Origin: Klebsiella pneumoniae
GTDB taxonomy: Bacteria > Pseudomonadota > Gammaproteobacteria > Ga0077536
Assembly (NCBI GenBank): GCA_945862315.1
Contig: CAMAXW010000005.1
Coordinates: 17,890 to 81,889 of the forward strand
Direction of reading: 5' to 3'
DNA: 64,000 nucleotides
The notes beneath the pieces were generated by a model. That model made no database searches. It had not been told where the DNA came from and saw only the letters and a list, made by a program, of their open reading frames with translations. Shown here in pieces: positions 62,774-64,000 of the stretch. The number at the start of each line of letters is the position of its first letter. Positions within the stretch are counted from its first letter, which is position 1. Position numbers and translations under genes: made by a program.

Positions 62774-64000
62774 GTGCGCATTCATATCTTGGGGATCTGC
62801 GGCACCTTCATGGCCGGCGTTGCGCAACTCGCGCGCGAACTGGGACACGAAGTCAGCGGGGCCGACAGCCATGTCTATCCCCCAATGAGCGATTTTCTAC
62901 GCGCCACCGGCATCCCAGTGCAGGAAGGCTGGAGCACGGCAGCACTCCAGCCCCGCCCGGATTTGGTGGTCGTCGGAAACGCGTTGAGCCGTGGCAATCC
63001 ATTGGTGGAAGCCGTATTGGACGCGGGTCTGCCCTATATCTCGGGCGCGCAGTGGGTTGCAGAACACGTGCTGAACCAGCGGCGGGTCATCGCGGTGGCG
63101 GGCACTCACGGCAAAACCACTACCGCAAGCTTAATTGCCTGGCTGCTCGAGTGCGCGGGCCTGAATCCCGGATATCTCATCGGAGGCATCGCACACAATT
63201 TTCCCACCCCTGCGCGTTTGGGTACCGGCGAGTACTTTGTCATCGAGGCGGATGAATATGACACCGCGTTTTTCGACAAACGTTCGAAATTCGTCCATTA
63301 CCGGCCGCGCATTGCCTTGCTCAATAACCTCGAATTCGACCACGCCGATATTTTTCCGGACTTAGAGGCGATTAAGGTTCAGTTTCATCACCTCCTCAGA
63401 ACCGTGCCCAGCAACGGCACTGTGGTGTGGAACAGCGACGATTCCGCGCTCGCAGAGGTTATCGCCCGCGGATGTTGGAGCGCACAGCGGCGCTTTGGCG
63501 CCAGCAGCGGCGAGTGGCGGGTTTGTGCAACCAGCGCGGGTTACCTAGTCGACGATCCGACCGGGCAGCGGCATGCGGTGACCGGCGCGTTGCCGGGCCG
63601 CCATAACGCACTTAACACCGCCGCAGCACTCGCGGTAGCGAGCTTGGCGGGCGCCGAGCTGGCGGGCTCAGTGGCAGCTCTCGCGGGATTTGGGGGGGTT
63701 AAACGGCGGATGGAACTGGTCGGCACCGTCGCTGACATCAGCATCTACGATGACTTCGCCCATCATCCCACCGCGATCGCCGCGACCCTTGAGGGCCTCA
63801 AACAACGCAACCCGCAGGCCCGTCATATCGCGGTCCTAGAATTACGCTCAAACAGCATGCGCTCGGGTGTCCACCGAGAACATCTGGCTGGCGCCCTGAG
63901 CGGCGCTGACCTGTGCTATCTGCTGGCACCGTCAACGCTGACGTGGGACCTCGCCGGCACGCTTGCCACCCTGGGCGAGCGTTGCAGAGTGCGGAGCGAT
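62774..64000 (+). CDS. mpl: UDP-N-acetylmuramate:L-alanyl-gamma-D-glutamyl-meso-DAP ligase (murein peptide ligase). Partial: the 3' end is beyond the window.
   Basis: Manual translation from the GTG at 62774 gives VRIHILGICGTFMAGVAQLARELGHEVSGADSHVYPPMS...VIAVAGTHGKTTTASLIAWLL...EADEYDTAFFDKRSKFVHYRPRIALLNNLEFDHADIF..., a near-collinear match to Mpl. It is absent from the ORF track because it runs off the window. Confidence 0.85.
   Translation, partial: MRIHILGICGTFMAGVAQLARELGHEVSGADSHVYPPMSDFLRATGIPVQEGWSTAALQPRPDLVVVGNALSRGNPLVEAVLDAGLPYISGAQWVAEHVLNQRRVIAVAGTHGKTTTASLIAWLLECAGLNPGYLIGGIAHNFPTPARLGTGEYFVIEADEYDTAFFDKRSKFVHYRPRIALLNNLEFDHADIFPDLEAIKVQFHHLLRTVPSNGTVVWNSDDSALAEVIARGCWSAQRRFGASSGEWRVCATSAGYLVDDPTGQRHAVTGALPGRHNALNTAAALAVASLAGAELAGSVAALAGFGGVKRRMELVGTVADISIYDDFAHHPTAIAATLEGLKQRNPQARHIAVLELRSNSMRSGVHREHLAGALSGADLCYLLAPSTLTWDLAGTLATLGERCRVRSD

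Overview
This is a GC-rich (roughly mid-60s %) proteobacterial chromosome segment, densely coded on both strands. Gene order is gammaproteobacterial in style: mutS-fdxA, rplU-rpmA-obgE-proB, aroC-prmB, and metG divergent from apbC. The hopanoid genes fit a hopanoid-producing gammaproteobacterium such as a methanotroph; that is inference only.

Main content in order:
- A partial minus-strand gene at the window start. It has a PilZ-like N-terminal motif and a Gly-rich linker written as a 9-bp tandem array, plus a G10/C10 tract.
- glnS.
- An islet between tRNA-Arg(CCU) and tRNA-Thr(CGU) carrying a secreted protein and an LLM oxidoreductase.
- A Fur-family regulator divergent from a type IV pilus minor-pilin operon (fimT-pilV-pilW-pilX-pilY1-pilE). 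A 5 x 23-bp tandem repeat sits in front of a 1724-aa pilY1.
- ispH-lspA-ribF-murJ, rpsT, proB-obgE-rpmA-rplU, ispB and tRNA-Pro(CGG).
- A hopanoid locus: squalene synthase, hpnG, hpnA, hpnH, hpnI, hpnM-like and mlaA. It contains an unexpected nucleotidyltransferase plus phosphonopyruvate-decarboxylase-like TPP enzyme pair, and an antisense dxs.
- glcF-glcE, aroC, prmB and htpG, with a textbook sigma-32 promoter in front of htpG.
- A TPR lipoprotein, mutS and fdxA.
- A signalling nexus. A DUF4124 protein, a CHASE2 Ser/Thr kinase, a PP2C phosphatase and an FHA protein converge on a CHASE2 cyclase-homology protein whose catalytic residues look degenerate. That protein is co-transcribed with a STAS anti-sigma antagonist and an RsbW-like kinase.
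- DUF1841, nth, an rnfB-like ferredoxin, metG, apbC, dcd, tusA-like and msrB, an orphan OmpR-type response regulator, ispG, and a partial mpl at the window end.

The ORF track omits the two genes that run off the window edges (1..1746 minus; mpl 62774..64000 plus). I recovered both by manual translation. The track also reports GTG and TTG starts as M.
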